A DNA stretch of 64,000 bases from SAR116 cluster bacterium AG-325-I21. Its GTDB lineage: Bacteria; Pseudomonadota; Alphaproteobacteria; Puniceispirillales; Puniceispirillaceae. The stretch's first letter is position 1, and every line of letters starts with the position of its first letter. Shown piece after piece: positions 1-10,552 of this stretch. The stretch is from positions 14,562 through 78,561 of the forward strand of contig QBYK01000002.1 in NCBI GenBank assembly GCA_003282865.1. Direction: 5' to 3'. The notes beneath the pieces are model-generated. The model searched no databases, was not told the DNA's origin, and worked only from the letters and a program-made list of their open reading frames with translations. A program made the position numbers and the translations under genes.

Positions 1-1
1 G

Positions 2-145
2 GTGACCGGCAATGTTGATGCAATGCCAGCAAGCGCGGCCAATGGAAGCATTTCAGCCAATCATTCTTATTTTGGCGTCCTTTTGATGCTATTCTTTATC
101 GCAGCAGCACAAACCATCACCTTGCTGCGCCCGGCTTTATTTTAG
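2..145 (+). CDS. 3' end of a membrane protein running in from the left edge, probably a cytochrome b/b6-domain protein
   Basis: Frame 2 is open from the window edge to TAG 143-145 (VTGNVDAMPASAANGSISANHSYFGVLLMLFFIAAAQTITLLRPALF*) with a hydrophobic C-terminal helix. Identity is inferred only from the common cytochrome b / cytochrome c' pairing. Confidence 0.4.
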   Translation: MTGNVDAMPASAANGSISANHSYFGVLLMLFFIAAAQTITLLRPALF

Positions 146-170
146 CCAGGCAGGCTATGTTCAAATTGGT

Positions 171-656
171 TTAATCTTTGTATGAACGGTGGCATGCCTT
201 GCAGCTGCCCCCCAGATTTTTTAAACCAGCCATCATCGCGCCTGGATTGCCAGATTTTGCCGTCGTAACTAATCTGTTTGCCGCCGTTTCATTGGCCTTC
301 GCGAGGGCAGTAAAATCCTTAAAATTTGTCCATATTTCGGCCCGGGCCTTAGTGTCGCCAACCCCGCTGCCTTCAGGAAAATAGCCGGGTATTTTCTGAG
401 CCCAGTTTGAGATCGTCTTAGCCTGATTTATTACAGTCTGATAATCTCCGCCTCCAATGGCGGAGGCGATCGCTCTCATTGAGGCTGCATTAGTTTTAAA
501 GCCAGCCCTCCTCTCAGAAACAACATCCGCATTGGCTGATATGCTAAAGCTAAAAAATACAATCAGGAGAACATTTGAAAAGTGCAAAAAAGTCGGCGAT
601 GGATGGATTGAGTTTGATCCGACAACGGTTGATTTGTTAATGGCCAGCGAAGTCAT
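171..656 (-). CDS. cycP: Cytochrome c' (class II cytochrome c)
   Basis: Signal peptide ending SANA-D, class II motifs FPEGS and IWTNFKDF, C-terminal heme motif CKACH. Start position uncertain. Confidence 0.9.
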   Translation of the reverse strand: MTSLAINKSTVVGSNSIHPSPTFLHFSNVLLIVFFSFSISANADVVSERRAGFKTNAASMRAIASAIGGGDYQTVINQAKTISNWAQKIPGYFPEGSGVGDTKARAEIWTNFKDFTALAKANETAANRLVTTAKSGNPGAMMAGLKNLGGSCKACHRSYKD

Positions 657-917
657 TTGAACTATTTCTTAAATCGAAAGATTGAACACATTTCATTCCG
701 AGTCAATTTTTTATCTTACTGGCTGACGTTGATAAAAATGCTGATCTTAAACAAAAAAGGTATGGTTTTATCCAATATATGGTATTGAGCAACAGTCTTA
801 ATACTGAAATAATGATCGAGCAACCCACCTTAATTTATTTAAGCTTTCTAAGATTTTTGCAAGTCTGCCCGATATCAGCAATTCGAATGTCAAAGTTGGA
901 CAGAAAGTTAGTCTCTA

Positions 918-1805
918 GTGCCTCGGTCTTTGTTGGGTATATCCCTTAGCTCTCTTGCGGTGGTTTTTGGAGTGTTAACAGGCGTCCTCGTTAAACAGCT
1001 TGGGTCCGAAGTCAACATTATCACTGTTTTATTTTACCGATTTCTATTTTCGCTCCCAATTCTTTTTTTGTTAGCTATCTGTGTTCGCGGGTGGCACTTT
1101 TTGCAAATCAATCAGCGTCGCATCATGCTGTTTAGGGTCATTTTTGGTTGTTGTGGCATCACTTTTTGGTTTTTGTCTCTTCGTCATATGCCGCTTGGTA
1201 TGGCAACCTCCCTTTTTCAAAGCTCGGTAATTTTCATCACGCTACTATCGCCAATCTTTCTCGGTGAGAGGGTGGGGCTATACCGATGGTCAGCGGTTTT
1301 AACGGGGCTGTCAGGTGTGTTGATTATTACTAACCCGTTTTCTGGCGATATGTCATGGTATTTTCTCTATGGCATCGGTGCGGCGCTTAGCGGAGCTGTG
1401 TTATCGCTTCTGCTTCGACAGCTTGGCAAGGGTGATGCTCCCTCATCGGTTGCAATATGGTACAATCTTGTGGGGTTTGCAGGCTTAAGCGCAATTGTGC
1501 TGGCACTGCCAGAGCAGTTAAATTCAATCAACCAAGCAGTAATATTTGACCTCATTCTCCTTGGGGTGATTGGGGCAGGCCTTCAAATTGTACTGACCAC
1601 CGCCTATCGCTATTCAGATGCAGTTTTTGTTGCATCGATGCGCTATTTGCAGATGCCAGTTTCCGGAGTGGTTGGCTATTTCCTTTTTGCCGAAGTCATG
1701 TCGCAAACAGAAATAGTTGGTGCGCTGATTATCATAAGTAGCTGCCTTGTAATTGCCTGGCGTGAATTGGTACGATCGCGCGAAGTTAATCAGCCCGGTA
1801 TCTAG
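918..1805 (+). CDS. DMT/EamA family transporter
   Basis: 295 aa, about 10 hydrophobic segments, motifs FLGERVGLYRW, AYRY, FAEV. Confidence 0.88.
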   Translation: MPRSLLGISLSSLAVVFGVLTGVLVKQLGSEVNIITVLFYRFLFSLPILFLLAICVRGWHFLQINQRRIMLFRVIFGCCGITFWFLSLRHMPLGMATSLFQSSVIFITLLSPIFLGERVGLYRWSAVLTGLSGVLIITNPFSGDMSWYFLYGIGAALSGAVLSLLLRQLGKGDAPSSVAIWYNLVGFAGLSAIVLALPEQLNSINQAVIFDLILLGVIGAGLQIVLTTAYRYSDAVFVASMRYLQMPVSGVVGYFLFAEVMSQTEIVGALIIISSCLVIAWRELVRSREVNQPGI

Positions 1806-1931
1806 CCGATCCCGTTTAGCGCGGAAATTTTTTGCCAGCTGCCAGGGGTGTTCTCTTTGGGAGAGATGATTAAGACCCAAAGTGTTGACCGATAATGTCG
1901 CAACTATTTTCCAAAACTTGGAAGCAAACCG

Positions 1932-2461
1932 ATGGCCAGACACAAGGTACTTATCCGCATTATGGGTGAGAGTGATATTGTCGATGTGAACTTGATAAAA
2001 ACAGCAGTCAATGCGCCAGATGGATCGGCGCTTTTGGCTGGACTCGATAGGCCTGACCAGATTATTCTGCTGGCTTTTGGATGGATCAGGATTGCGGTTT
2101 CGCCTTAGCTGATAATGCGGCCCATCTTGACGCGATGACACAAATTGCCAGTAATAGTTTGGCTGATAGCCCGCTTACAACACAGATTGATACCGGTGCA
2201 AACTTTATGCTACTGACCATCCTTCGGGGAAAATGGCCATTGGGATCAAAGTCAAAATTCAAAATCATTGCTGACCGGGTTAAGGCCGATCATACTTATC
2301 TTGCGCGTATTTGCGGAGCGGCCAAGCTGGGCAATCTTGATGATGAAGAGTTGTTAAAACAGTAAGAAACACAACAATTATCCAAAATTCTTGTTTTTTG
2401 TAAAGTCAACCGCCGCTGTTTTGCCAATAGCAGTGCGGTTCAAGGGCTGATTAAAAGCTAA
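1932..2461 (+). pseudogene. Disrupted hypothetical protein
   Basis: ATG 1932 frame (MARHKVLIRIMGESDIVDV...QIILLAF) joins the 2081 ORF if one T is restored in TTTT 2075-2078. After TAA 2363-2365 the same frame continues (ETQQLSKILVFCKVNRRCFANSSAVQGLIKS) to TAA 2459-2461, 5 nt from the convergent gene's stop. Confidence 0.6.
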
Positions 2462-2466
2462 TCTGA

Positions 2467-4452
2467 CTACCGCAATTCAGGTAAATTATCGAAAAAGCTC
2501 AGCGCTTCGGCATTCGCCAAGGCCTCGGTGTTTTTAATCGCCCTTCCATGAATGATATCACGAACTGCAAGTTCGGTTATTTTACCCGAACGCGTCCGCG
2601 GAATATCAGGAACTGCGATGATTGCAGCGGGCACATGGCGCGGCGTGGCACCGGCACGAATAACTAGGCAGATAGCGCGCCGCAAATCATCATCAAGATT
2701 GGCACCATCGGCCATTCGTACAAACAAGATAACCCTTACATCACCTTGCCAATCCTGACCAACGACCAGCGCTTCGGTAATTGCATCAAAAGCTTCAACC
2801 TGTCTGTAGATTTCGGCAGTGCCAATGCGCACGCCACCAGGGTTTAATGTGGCATCAGATCGCCCATGTATTATTATCCCGCCGTTTTGCGTTAAGGTTG
2901 CCCAATCGCCATGTCGCCATATGCCCTGAAAATGCTCAAAATAGGCTGCTTTATATTTTCTGCCATCAGGATCATTCCAGAATTTCACTGGCATTGCTGG
3001 AAAGGGCGCGGTGCAGCAAAGCTCGCCTTGTTGGCCAATCAGGCTCATTCCATCTTCGTCCAGAACATCGGCTTTCATGCCAAGGCCGCGGGTTTGAATT
3101 TCACCGGCAAAAACCGGCTGAACCGGACAGCCAAGAACAAAACATGAAACGATATCGGTGCCGCCAGAAATCGAACATAGTTGCAGGTCGGATTTGATTT
3201 TGTCATAAACAAAGGCAAAGCCGTCAGATGAGAGAGGTGATCCGGTTGATAATAAGGCTCGCAGCGCGCCAAGATTAACCTGATCACGCGGGACATAGCC
3301 TGAATTGCGAACCGCATCAATATATTTTGCTGACGTGCCGAAAACGGCAATTTTTTCAGTCTCGGCCAGCTCCCATAATCTTGCTGGCCCCGGGTGAAAC
3401 GGATTACCGTCAAACAAAACTATTTTTGCCTTGATTGACAGGGCTGATACAAGCCAGTTCCACATCATCCATCCGCAAGTGGTGAAATAGAACATGGCAT
3501 CACCCGCGCCCAGATCACCGTGAAGGCGATGTTCTTTGATATGCTGGATCAAGGTGCCGCCGACGCCGTGAACAATGCATTTTGGCGCACCGGTTGTGCC
3601 GCTTGAATAGAGAATATAAAGCGGATCATTGAAACCAACCCGTACAAAGGCGTTAACCGGTTTGGCACTCGCAATTGCATCGTCAAAAAGGGTGGCATTG
3701 GCAATAGCGTTGCAATCCGGTGCGTCACAAAGATAGGGAAGGATCAAAACCGCCTCAAGCGTTTGCAATTGGGCGGTAAGATGAGCAATCAAGGGCATCC
3801 GGTCTATCTTTTTGCCAGCATAAAGGTAGCCATCGCAGGCCATTAACAGCTTTGGTTCAATCTGACTAAACCGATCAACCGCACCGGCTAATCCGAAATC
3901 GGGCGAACAACTAGAATAGACCGCGCCAATGGATGCGCTTGCCAACATCGTGATCACCGCTTCGGCTGCATTTGGCGTATAGGCAGCTACGCGGTCACCT
4001 TGGCAAACTCCCTTGGCACGCATCCAGCCGGCAAGCGCCATAACTTTTTGTTTCAATTCAGCACGGCTAAGAGCAATATGACGGCCATCTTCGCCGTAGG
4101 CGCTGATTGCAGGACGCTCATCAGCCTCGGCCAAAAGGTTTTCGGCAAAATTGATTTTGGCATCGGGAAAAAACTGAGCACCGGGCATCGCGTTTTCATT
4201 GATCAGGATACGTGATCCCATATCGCCAATCATGCCATGCCATTGCCACAGGCTTTGCCAGAAATCAGGCATTGAATCAATTGACCATCGCCACAAAGCT
4301 TGGAAATCACCACCCCAGTCAAAGCCATGATTGGCATTGATAAATCGCCCAAAATCTTGCAGTTGCGACTGTTTAATCGCTTCTTCTGTTGGTTGCCAAA
4401 GGCAGGTGCCAAGCGAGGTTGATTGCGGCGGTGATAAAGATTGTTTGGCCAT
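2467..4452 (-). CDS. aacS: Acetoacetate--CoA ligase (acetoacetyl-CoA synthetase)
   Basis: AMP-binding YSSGTTGAPKCIVH, FYFTTCGWMMWNW, SISGGTDIVSCF, GRSDATLNPGGVRIGTAEIY. Start placed at MAKQ (4452). Confidence 0.93.
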   Translation of the reverse strand: MAKQSLSPPQSTSLGTCLWQPTEEAIKQSQLQDFGRFINANHGFDWGGDFQALWRWSIDSMPDFWQSLWQWHGMIGDMGSRILINENAMPGAQFFPDAKINFAENLLAEADERPAISAYGEDGRHIALSRAELKQKVMALAGWMRAKGVCQGDRVAAYTPNAAEAVITMLASASIGAVYSSCSPDFGLAGAVDRFSQIEPKLLMACDGYLYAGKKIDRMPLIAHLTAQLQTLEAVLILPYLCDAPDCNAIANATLFDDAIASAKPVNAFVRVGFNDPLYILYSSGTTGAPKCIVHGVGGTLIQHIKEHRLHGDLGAGDAMFYFTTCGWMMWNWLVSALSIKAKIVLFDGNPFHPGPARLWELAETEKIAVFGTSAKYIDAVRNSGYVPRDQVNLGALRALLSTGSPLSSDGFAFVYDKIKSDLQLCSISGGTDIVSCFVLGCPVQPVFAGEIQTRGLGMKADVLDEDGMSLIGQQGELCCTAPFPAMPVKFWNDPDGRKYKAAYFEHFQGIWRHGDWATLTQNGGIIIHGRSDATLNPGGVRIGTAEIYRQVEAFDAITEALVVGQDWQGDVRVILFVRMADGANLDDDLRRAICLVIRAGATPRHVPAAIIAVPDIPRTRSGKITELAVRDIIHGRAIKNTEALANAEALSFFDNLPELR

Positions 4453-4679
4453 CGATAAAACCCAAGAAAAAAGACAATGATCACAGCAAATGATCGAATT
4501 GGTGATGCGCCCGAAATTTCGGGTTCGAGCCAAGCTTAGCGTGACGGGTTGCATGGCGCAATGATTGCCGCAGCGTGATGTCTTGGAAATCATCTTGAAC
4601 TTGGCGGTTGAATGCGCGAAAAGATTATCAGATCTAGAAATTTTCTCATCGCAACCCAAACAGCAGCAACAGGCAAAAG

Positions 4680-6056
4680 ATGATGACCCAATCTTCGCAG
4701 AATTTTAACTATGATTTGATTGTGATTGGCGCAGGGTCCGGTGGTGTTCGTGCTGGCCGCATCGCCGCTGGTCATGGCGCCAAGGTTGCGGTGATTGAAG
4801 GAGACCGGCCGGGTGGAACCTGCGTTATTCGTGGCTGTGTGCCGAAAAAGCTGCTTATGTATGCAGCTAGCTTTTCTGTCGATGTTGAGGATGCCCGCGG
4901 GTTTGGCTGGCAGATTAATGGGCTTTCGCATAATTGGCCTGGTTTGATTGCAGCCAAAGATGCTGAAATTGGCCGTCTGGAAGACATTTACCGGTCGCTA
5001 TTGAAAAATGTTGGCGCCACGTTGATCGAGGGCTGGGGGCGGGTCACCGGCCCGAATGAGGTCAGCGTTGGGGCAGATGTCTATCGTGCTGCCAAAATTT
5101 TGATCGCGGTTGGTGGTGCTCCGCAATTCATCAATGTTCCCGGTATGAAAGATCATGCCATTAGCTCGAACGAAGCGCTTGACCTATCGGAAATGCCAAA
5201 AAAAATTGCTATTTATGGCAGCGGCTATATTGCGCTTGAATTTGCCGGTATTTTTAATGGGCTTGGAGCGCGGACCCATCTGATTTATCGAAGCGATTTG
5301 CCGCTTCGTGGTTTTGATGATGATGTTCGTGCGCATATCGCAACGGCGCTTACAGATCGCGGTATCATTCTTCACTCCGAAACCACCATTGATCAGGTTA
5401 CGGCTGAAAATCGGGGCAAGCAGGTACATCTGAGCGATGGCAGCAGGCTGGCGGTTGATCAGATCATGGCAGCCACGGGGCGCAGGCCGAATACCGCCAA
5501 CCTTGGCCTTGATGCTTTGGGGGTTAAGCTTGGCAAACAGGGCGAAATCATTGTTGATGATATGTCACAAACGAACCTGCCAAGCCTTTTTGCCATTGGT
5601 GACGTCACAAACCGAATTAATTTGACACCAGTTGCGATTGCCGAAGGTCATGCCTTTGCCGATAACGAATTTGGCAATCGCCCGCGTAAGGTCGATCATG
5701 CCAACGTTGCCTCGGCGGTATTCAGCCAGCCGCCCATCGCATCAGTTGGCCTGTCTGAAGGTGATGCAATTAACGCCCATGGCAAGGTCAAAGTCTTTGA
5801 AAGCCAGTTTCGGGCGATGAAAAACACCATTTCGGGACGCGTTGAAAAAACCTATATGAAGGTGATTGTCGAAAAATCTAGTGACCGCGTGGTTGGTGTT
5901 CATATGATCGGTCCAGATTGTGGGGAAATTATGCAAGGCATTGCTATTGCGGTTAAGATGGGCGCCACAAAGGCAGACTTTGATGCTACCACTGGCATTC
6001 ATCCTACCGCGGCTGAAGAATTTGTTACTATGCGAAATACGAGGCAGAGCGGGTAG
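4680..6056 (+). CDS. gor: Glutathione-disulfide reductase
   Basis: GAGSGGVRA FAD motif, redox-active GGTCVIRGCVPKK, C-terminal HPTAAEEFVTM. Confidence 0.96.
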   Translation: MMTQSSQNFNYDLIVIGAGSGGVRAGRIAAGHGAKVAVIEGDRPGGTCVIRGCVPKKLLMYAASFSVDVEDARGFGWQINGLSHNWPGLIAAKDAEIGRLEDIYRSLLKNVGATLIEGWGRVTGPNEVSVGADVYRAAKILIAVGGAPQFINVPGMKDHAISSNEALDLSEMPKKIAIYGSGYIALEFAGIFNGLGARTHLIYRSDLPLRGFDDDVRAHIATALTDRGIILHSETTIDQVTAENRGKQVHLSDGSRLAVDQIMAATGRRPNTANLGLDALGVKLGKQGEIIVDDMSQTNLPSLFAIGDVTNRINLTPVAIAEGHAFADNEFGNRPRKVDHANVASAVFSQPPIASVGLSEGDAINAHGKVKVFESQFRAMKNTISGRVEKTYMKVIVEKSSDRVVGVHMIGPDCGEIMQGIAIAVKMGATKADFDATTGIHPTAAEEFVTMRNTRQSG

Positions 6057-6203
6057 GTTTGTCTATCTCCCATAGGTGAATTTGTCGCAATAATGCTTGA
6101 AAAAACGTTATAAATCCGTGATATTACCAGAAAATTTCTAAACGTTGGCTGTGCGCGGGCATCGTTTTATGTCAGTGATTTCACTTTGAAAAGGACAATA
6201 AAA

Positions 6204-7583
6204 ATGACTTGGCAACCAGATAGTTGGCGCAGCTTTCCCATTCGGCAGGTCCCCGAATACCCTAATCTTGATAGACTTAATGCTGTTGAGAAAATCATTG
6301 CCACTCGCCCACCGCTAGTATTTGCTGGTGAGGCTCAGAATTTGCGCGATCGCCTTGGCGCGGTATCACATGGAGAAGCTTTCCTGCTGCAAGGTGGGGA
6401 TTGCGCTGAGAGCTTTGTTGAATTTTCAGCCAATAATATTCGTGATAGCTTTAAAGTTATTTTGCAAATGGCTGTTGTGCTCACCTATGGTGCCTCGATG
6501 CCCGTGATCAAAGTTGGCCGTCTTGCGGGTCAGTTTGCCAAGCCGCGGTCTGCGCCTACCGAGGTTATTGACGGTATTGAGCTGCCAAGCTATCGCGGGG
6601 ACATGATCAATGGGCCGGCATTTACTGAAGATGATCGGACCCCAGATCCACGCCGGCTGTTGCGGGTTTATGAGCAATCATCAGCAACTTTGAATTTGCT
6701 TCGGGCTTTCGCTCAAGGCGGGCTTGCTGATCTGAATAAGGTGCATAGTTGGGTAGCAGACTTTTTAATTGGTACGCCGCAAACCCAACGTTTTGAATTA
6801 CTTGCTGAACGGATTGAAGAAAGCTTAAATTTTATGAAGGCGTGTGGCATCACATCGGCAAATGCCAAGCCGCTTGCTGAAACGGAACTTTTTACAAGTC
6901 ATGAGGCACTTCTCCTTGGGTATGAAGAAGCTTTGACACGGCGCGATACAATTACTGAAGAGCAGGGCTGGTATGATACATCTGCTCATATGCTGTGGAT
7001 TGGTGATCGCACACGTCAGCTAGACGGCGCACATGTTGAATATATGCGTGGCATTTCTAATCCTATTGGTTTGAAATGTGGGCCAAGCCTCGAACCCGAT
7101 GAACTTCTGCGGTTAATCGATGTTCTGAATCCGGAAAATCAGGCTGGTCGATTAACACTAATCGTCCGAATGGGTGCTGAAAAAGTGCGGAGTGGATTAC
7201 CACCTTTGCTGCGCGCTGTGCAGGGTCATGGTTCGGATGTTGTATGGTGTTGTGACCCGATGCATGGCAACACAATCAAGGCCGGCAGTGGCTATAAAAC
7301 GCGCCGTGTAGATGATGTAATCGCTGAAGTCACTGGTTTTTTTGATTCGCATGATGAGGTTGGTACCTATCCCGGTGGTGTTCATTACGAAATGACTGGT
7401 CAGGACGTTACTGAGTGTGTTGGCGGCGTTGTTGAAGTGACCGAAGAAAGCCTCGGTGATCGTTATCATACTCATTGTGATCCTCGCCTGAACGGCGCAC
7501 AGGCACTGGAACTTGCGTTTTTACTTGCCGATTTGTTGAGACGACGACGTGGAACACCGTCTTACATGTCGAAAGCGGTTTAA
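6204..7583 (+). CDS. aroG: Class II 3-deoxy-7-phosphoheptulonate (DAHP) synthase
   Basis: [48 protein letters not shown] at 6204. Confidence 0.94.
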   Translation: MTWQPDSWRSFPIRQVPEYPNLDRLNAVEKIIATRPPLVFAGEAQNLRDRLGAVSHGEAFLLQGGDCAESFVEFSANNIRDSFKVILQMAVVLTYGASMPVIKVGRLAGQFAKPRSAPTEVIDGIELPSYRGDMINGPAFTEDDRTPDPRRLLRVYEQSSATLNLLRAFAQGGLADLNKVHSWVADFLIGTPQTQRFELLAERIEESLNFMKACGITSANAKPLAETELFTSHEALLLGYEEALTRRDTITEEQGWYDTSAHMLWIGDRTRQLDGAHVEYMRGISNPIGLKCGPSLEPDELLRLIDVLNPENQAGRLTLIVRMGAEKVRSGLPPLLRAVQGHGSDVVWCCDPMHGNTIKAGSGYKTRRVDDVIAEVTGFFDSHDEVGTYPGGVHYEMTGQDVTECVGGVVEVTEESLGDRYHTHCDPRLNGAQALELAFLLADLLRRRRGTPSYMSKAV

Positions 7584-7657
7584 TATTCAGATGGGCTATT
7601 TTTTGCGCGGCTGATATTTAAAATCGAAGAGCTTAACCCTCGCTTTTATAAGGTAGA

Positions 7658-8797
7658 TTGATGGCAAAATTTGCGAGCAGTGGGCCGACTCCGGAAATGC
7701 AACCAAGTCTGACCGACACTTATTTTAAGCATACCCGCAATGTTGTCATGGCAAACGGCGACTGTGAGGTAACCTATGCTGTGTTCATGCGCCGTCCTGT
7801 AACCTTTGCGGGGAGCCTCGCCATTGAATGGATCACAGCCATGGCAAAGGCACGCGGTGCCGAATTGCAAATTGAACAGCTCTACATTGAAGGGGCGTGG
7901 ATTGGTGCGGGCGAGCCGATGTGTTATATTACCGGTCCTTTATCTGTTCTTGTCGATCTGGAAACGATTTTTTTGCAACGCCTTGGTCCCGCCTGCGTTG
8001 CAGCCTACAATGCTTACAACATGTGTATCGAATTACCAAAAGTTGCTTTTCTTGCAATGGACGCGCGCCATTGTGCGGGAAGTGAAATGGCCGAGTTAAT
8101 GGCATATGGAGCATCTGTCGGAGCGGCTAAGGCCAAAGCTAAGACAAATGCCGTTGGCTTTGTCGGCTGTGCGGCCGATGCAACTGCACATTTCTTTGGG
8201 CAGGAAAAGGGTATGGGAACGATGCCTCATGCATTGATTGGCTATGCTGGATCAACACTTCGTGCGGCTAAATTATTTCATCAAACTGTTCCTGATGCTC
8301 CATTGACTGTTTTGGTTGACTATTTCGGTCAGGAAATTACCGATGCACTAACCGTTGCGCGGCATTTTCAAGGTCTAAGTGAAGCTGGCCGGTTATTCCT
8401 TCGCATTGACACGCATGGTGGCCGATATGTCGAAGGGCTTGACACACAATCATCGTATGCGGTTCTTGAGCGTAATGCCGCAAAAGCGCTGCGAGGGTAT
8501 CGCACCGACGATGAATTACGGCTTCTTCTCGGAACTGGGGTCAGCGCGGCGGCGGTGTGGCATATGCGCGAACAGCTGGATCGTCAGGGATTTGAAAAGG
8601 TAAAAATAGTTGCCTCTAGTGGATTTGACCCTGACAAATGCCGCGTGTTTGGCCTCGCTAACGCGCCAGTTGACGTGATTGGAACGGGCTCGTTCTTGCC
8701 ACAAGTCTGGTCGGAGACCTATGCAACCGCAGATATTGTTTCCTATGATGGCCAGCCTCGAGTGAAGGTTGGTCGCGAATTTCTTATCCGAAAGTAA
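7658..8797 (+). CDS. pncB: Nicotinate phosphoribosyltransferase family protein
   Basis: TDTYF N-terminal motif, GTMPHAL, RIDT, ASSGF. Lies directly upstream of nadE. Confidence 0.82.
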   Translation: MMAKFASSGPTPEMQPSLTDTYFKHTRNVVMANGDCEVTYAVFMRRPVTFAGSLAIEWITAMAKARGAELQIEQLYIEGAWIGAGEPMCYITGPLSVLVDLETIFLQRLGPACVAAYNAYNMCIELPKVAFLAMDARHCAGSEMAELMAYGASVGAAKAKAKTNAVGFVGCAADATAHFFGQEKGMGTMPHALIGYAGSTLRAAKLFHQTVPDAPLTVLVDYFGQEITDALTVARHFQGLSEAGRLFLRIDTHGGRYVEGLDTQSSYAVLERNAAKALRGYRTDDELRLLLGTGVSAAAVWHMREQLDRQGFEKVKIVASSGFDPDKCRVFGLANAPVDVIGTGSFLPQVWSETYATADIVSYDGQPRVKVGREFLIRK

Positions 8798-8812
8798 AGG
8801 GTTATTTGTGCA

Positions 8813-10474
8813 ATGAAAAATCTTGTCTCTATCGCTCTCGCGCAGCTGAATGCGCACCTTGGCAACATCGATGCTAATATCAGTCGCCTTGCTGGAGCGA
8901 GGGCCAAGGCGGCCGCCAATGGCGCTGAAATCATCGTTACGCCGGAAATGTATCTTTCGGGCTATCCTTGTGATGACTTGGTCCTGCGCGATGATTTCAT
9001 GAATGATATTGCTACCGGTATTGACCAATTGGCTGTATTAACTGCCGATGGGGGGCCAGCAATTGCGGTTGGCGCACCAACCAAATGTAGCGATAATATT
9101 TATAATTCGGTCTTTGTTCTCGATGATGGCAAACAAATTGCTCGCTTTGACAAGGTTAACTTACCAAATTATGGCGTGTTTGACGATAAACGCAATTTTA
9201 CTCCGGGTCAGATGCCCGGGCCAATTATGCTTCGGGGCTTGAAAATCGGCTTTCCAATTTGCGAAGATATTTGGGCGCCCGATGTTGCCGAGTGTTTGGA
9301 AGAGTCCGGTGCAGATTTGATTATTGCGATGAATGCGTCACCTTTTGACAGCACCAAGCCGGAGAGAAGGCTGCAGAACGTAATCGCGCGCGGTGTCGAG
9401 ACAGGTTTACCCGTTATTTATGTGAATATGATTGGCGGTCAAGACGAGCTGGTTTATGATGGTGGGTCGTTTGCCATAAATACTGGCGGCAATTTGGCAT
9501 GCTCTTCTCCAAGTTTTTCAGAGTCAGTTCTGGTTGTAACCGCGCAGAAATCTATGGGTGTACTTACTTTAACAGGTCAGCTATCACCGCCTGATAGCGA
9601 GTTGACCGCACTCTATCGGGGCCTTTGTTTAGGACTACGTGATTATGTGCAGAAGAACGGGTTCCCTGGTGTTGTTCTTGGATTGTCAGGTGGCATTGAC
9701 TCTGCGCTAGTTGCGGCAATCGCGGTTGACGCTCTTGGGGCCGATGCTGTTCATGCGGTGATGATGCCATCTGCTTACACCAGTCAGAAAAGCCTTGATG
9801 ATGCAGCAAAGTTGGCATCTTTGCTTGGTATTCGGCTGGATACAGTACCTATCACACTGGCGATGACAGCTCTCGATGAAATGCTTGGTGATCAGTTTGT
9901 AGGAACAAACCCAGGTGTTGCCGAGGAAAACATCCAGTCGCGTCTTCGAGGCCTTGTTCTGATGGGTATTTCGAATAAGCATGGCCCAATGGTACTTGCA
10001 ACTGGCAATAAATCTGAATATGCCGCTGGGTACTCCACGCTTTATGGTGATATGTGTGGTGGTTATGCACCATTAAAAGATATTTGGAAAGTGGATGTAT
10101 TCCGGCTATGTGCATGGCGCAACCAGAATTTACCGCGCGGGGCCGCTGGACCTGAAGGCGTTGTTATCCCTCAAGATATCATTGACAAGCCTCCTTCTGC
10201 TGAATTGCGCCCTGATCAAAAAGATACGGACTCTCTGCCGCCTTATGAGCGGTTGGATGCCATCATGGCGGCGCTATGCGAAGAAATGGCCGATATTGAG
10301 AGCATCGTTGCACGAGGCTTTGACAGGACTGAGGTGACAAAGGCAAGCAAGTTATTATTTCGCGCTGAGTATAAACGTTTTCAGGCAGCACCTGGGCCAA
10401 AAATGACACCTGTCGCCTTTGGTCGTGATCGTCGTCTTCCCTTGACCTCTGGGTTTAACCCGATAAAACCCTAA
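8813..10474 (+). CDS. nadE: Glutamine-dependent NAD+ synthetase
   Basis: N-terminal nitrilase domain (PE, LPNYGVFD, ICEDIW) plus GLSGGIDSAL, TGNKSE, PPSAELRPDQKD. Confidence 0.96.
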   Translation: MKNLVSIALAQLNAHLGNIDANISRLAGARAKAAANGAEIIVTPEMYLSGYPCDDLVLRDDFMNDIATGIDQLAVLTADGGPAIAVGAPTKCSDNIYNSVFVLDDGKQIARFDKVNLPNYGVFDDKRNFTPGQMPGPIMLRGLKIGFPICEDIWAPDVAECLEESGADLIIAMNASPFDSTKPERRLQNVIARGVETGLPVIYVNMIGGQDELVYDGGSFAINTGGNLACSSPSFSESVLVVTAQKSMGVLTLTGQLSPPDSELTALYRGLCLGLRDYVQKNGFPGVVLGLSGGIDSALVAAIAVDALGADAVHAVMMPSAYTSQKSLDDAAKLASLLGIRLDTVPITLAMTALDEMLGDQFVGTNPGVAEENIQSRLRGLVLMGISNKHGPMVLATGNKSEYAAGYSTLYGDMCGGYAPLKDIWKVDVFRLCAWRNQNLPRGAAGPEGVVIPQDIIDKPPSAELRPDQKDTDSLPPYERLDAIMAALCEEMADIESIVARGFDRTEVTKASKLLFRAEYKRFQAAPGPKMTPVAFGRDRRLPLTSGFNPIKP

Positions 10475-10552
10475 TCATTCAGAATGCGTATTGAGTGCAT
10501 ACAGCCTTTCGTGCAAACAAATTTTGGCCCGTGCCTCCAAAGGAGTGGATAG

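Noticed and set aside
4510-4523. Palindrome CCCGAAATTTCGGG between aacS and gor
   Set aside because: Single occurrence with no recognised regulator motif. It could be an operator, but nothing else supports that.
7903-7913. TGGTGCGGGCG matching the tRNA-Leu 3' end, as a possible att repeat
   Set aside because: Only 11 bp, inside the pncB coding sequence, with core genes between it and the tRNA. A chance match.
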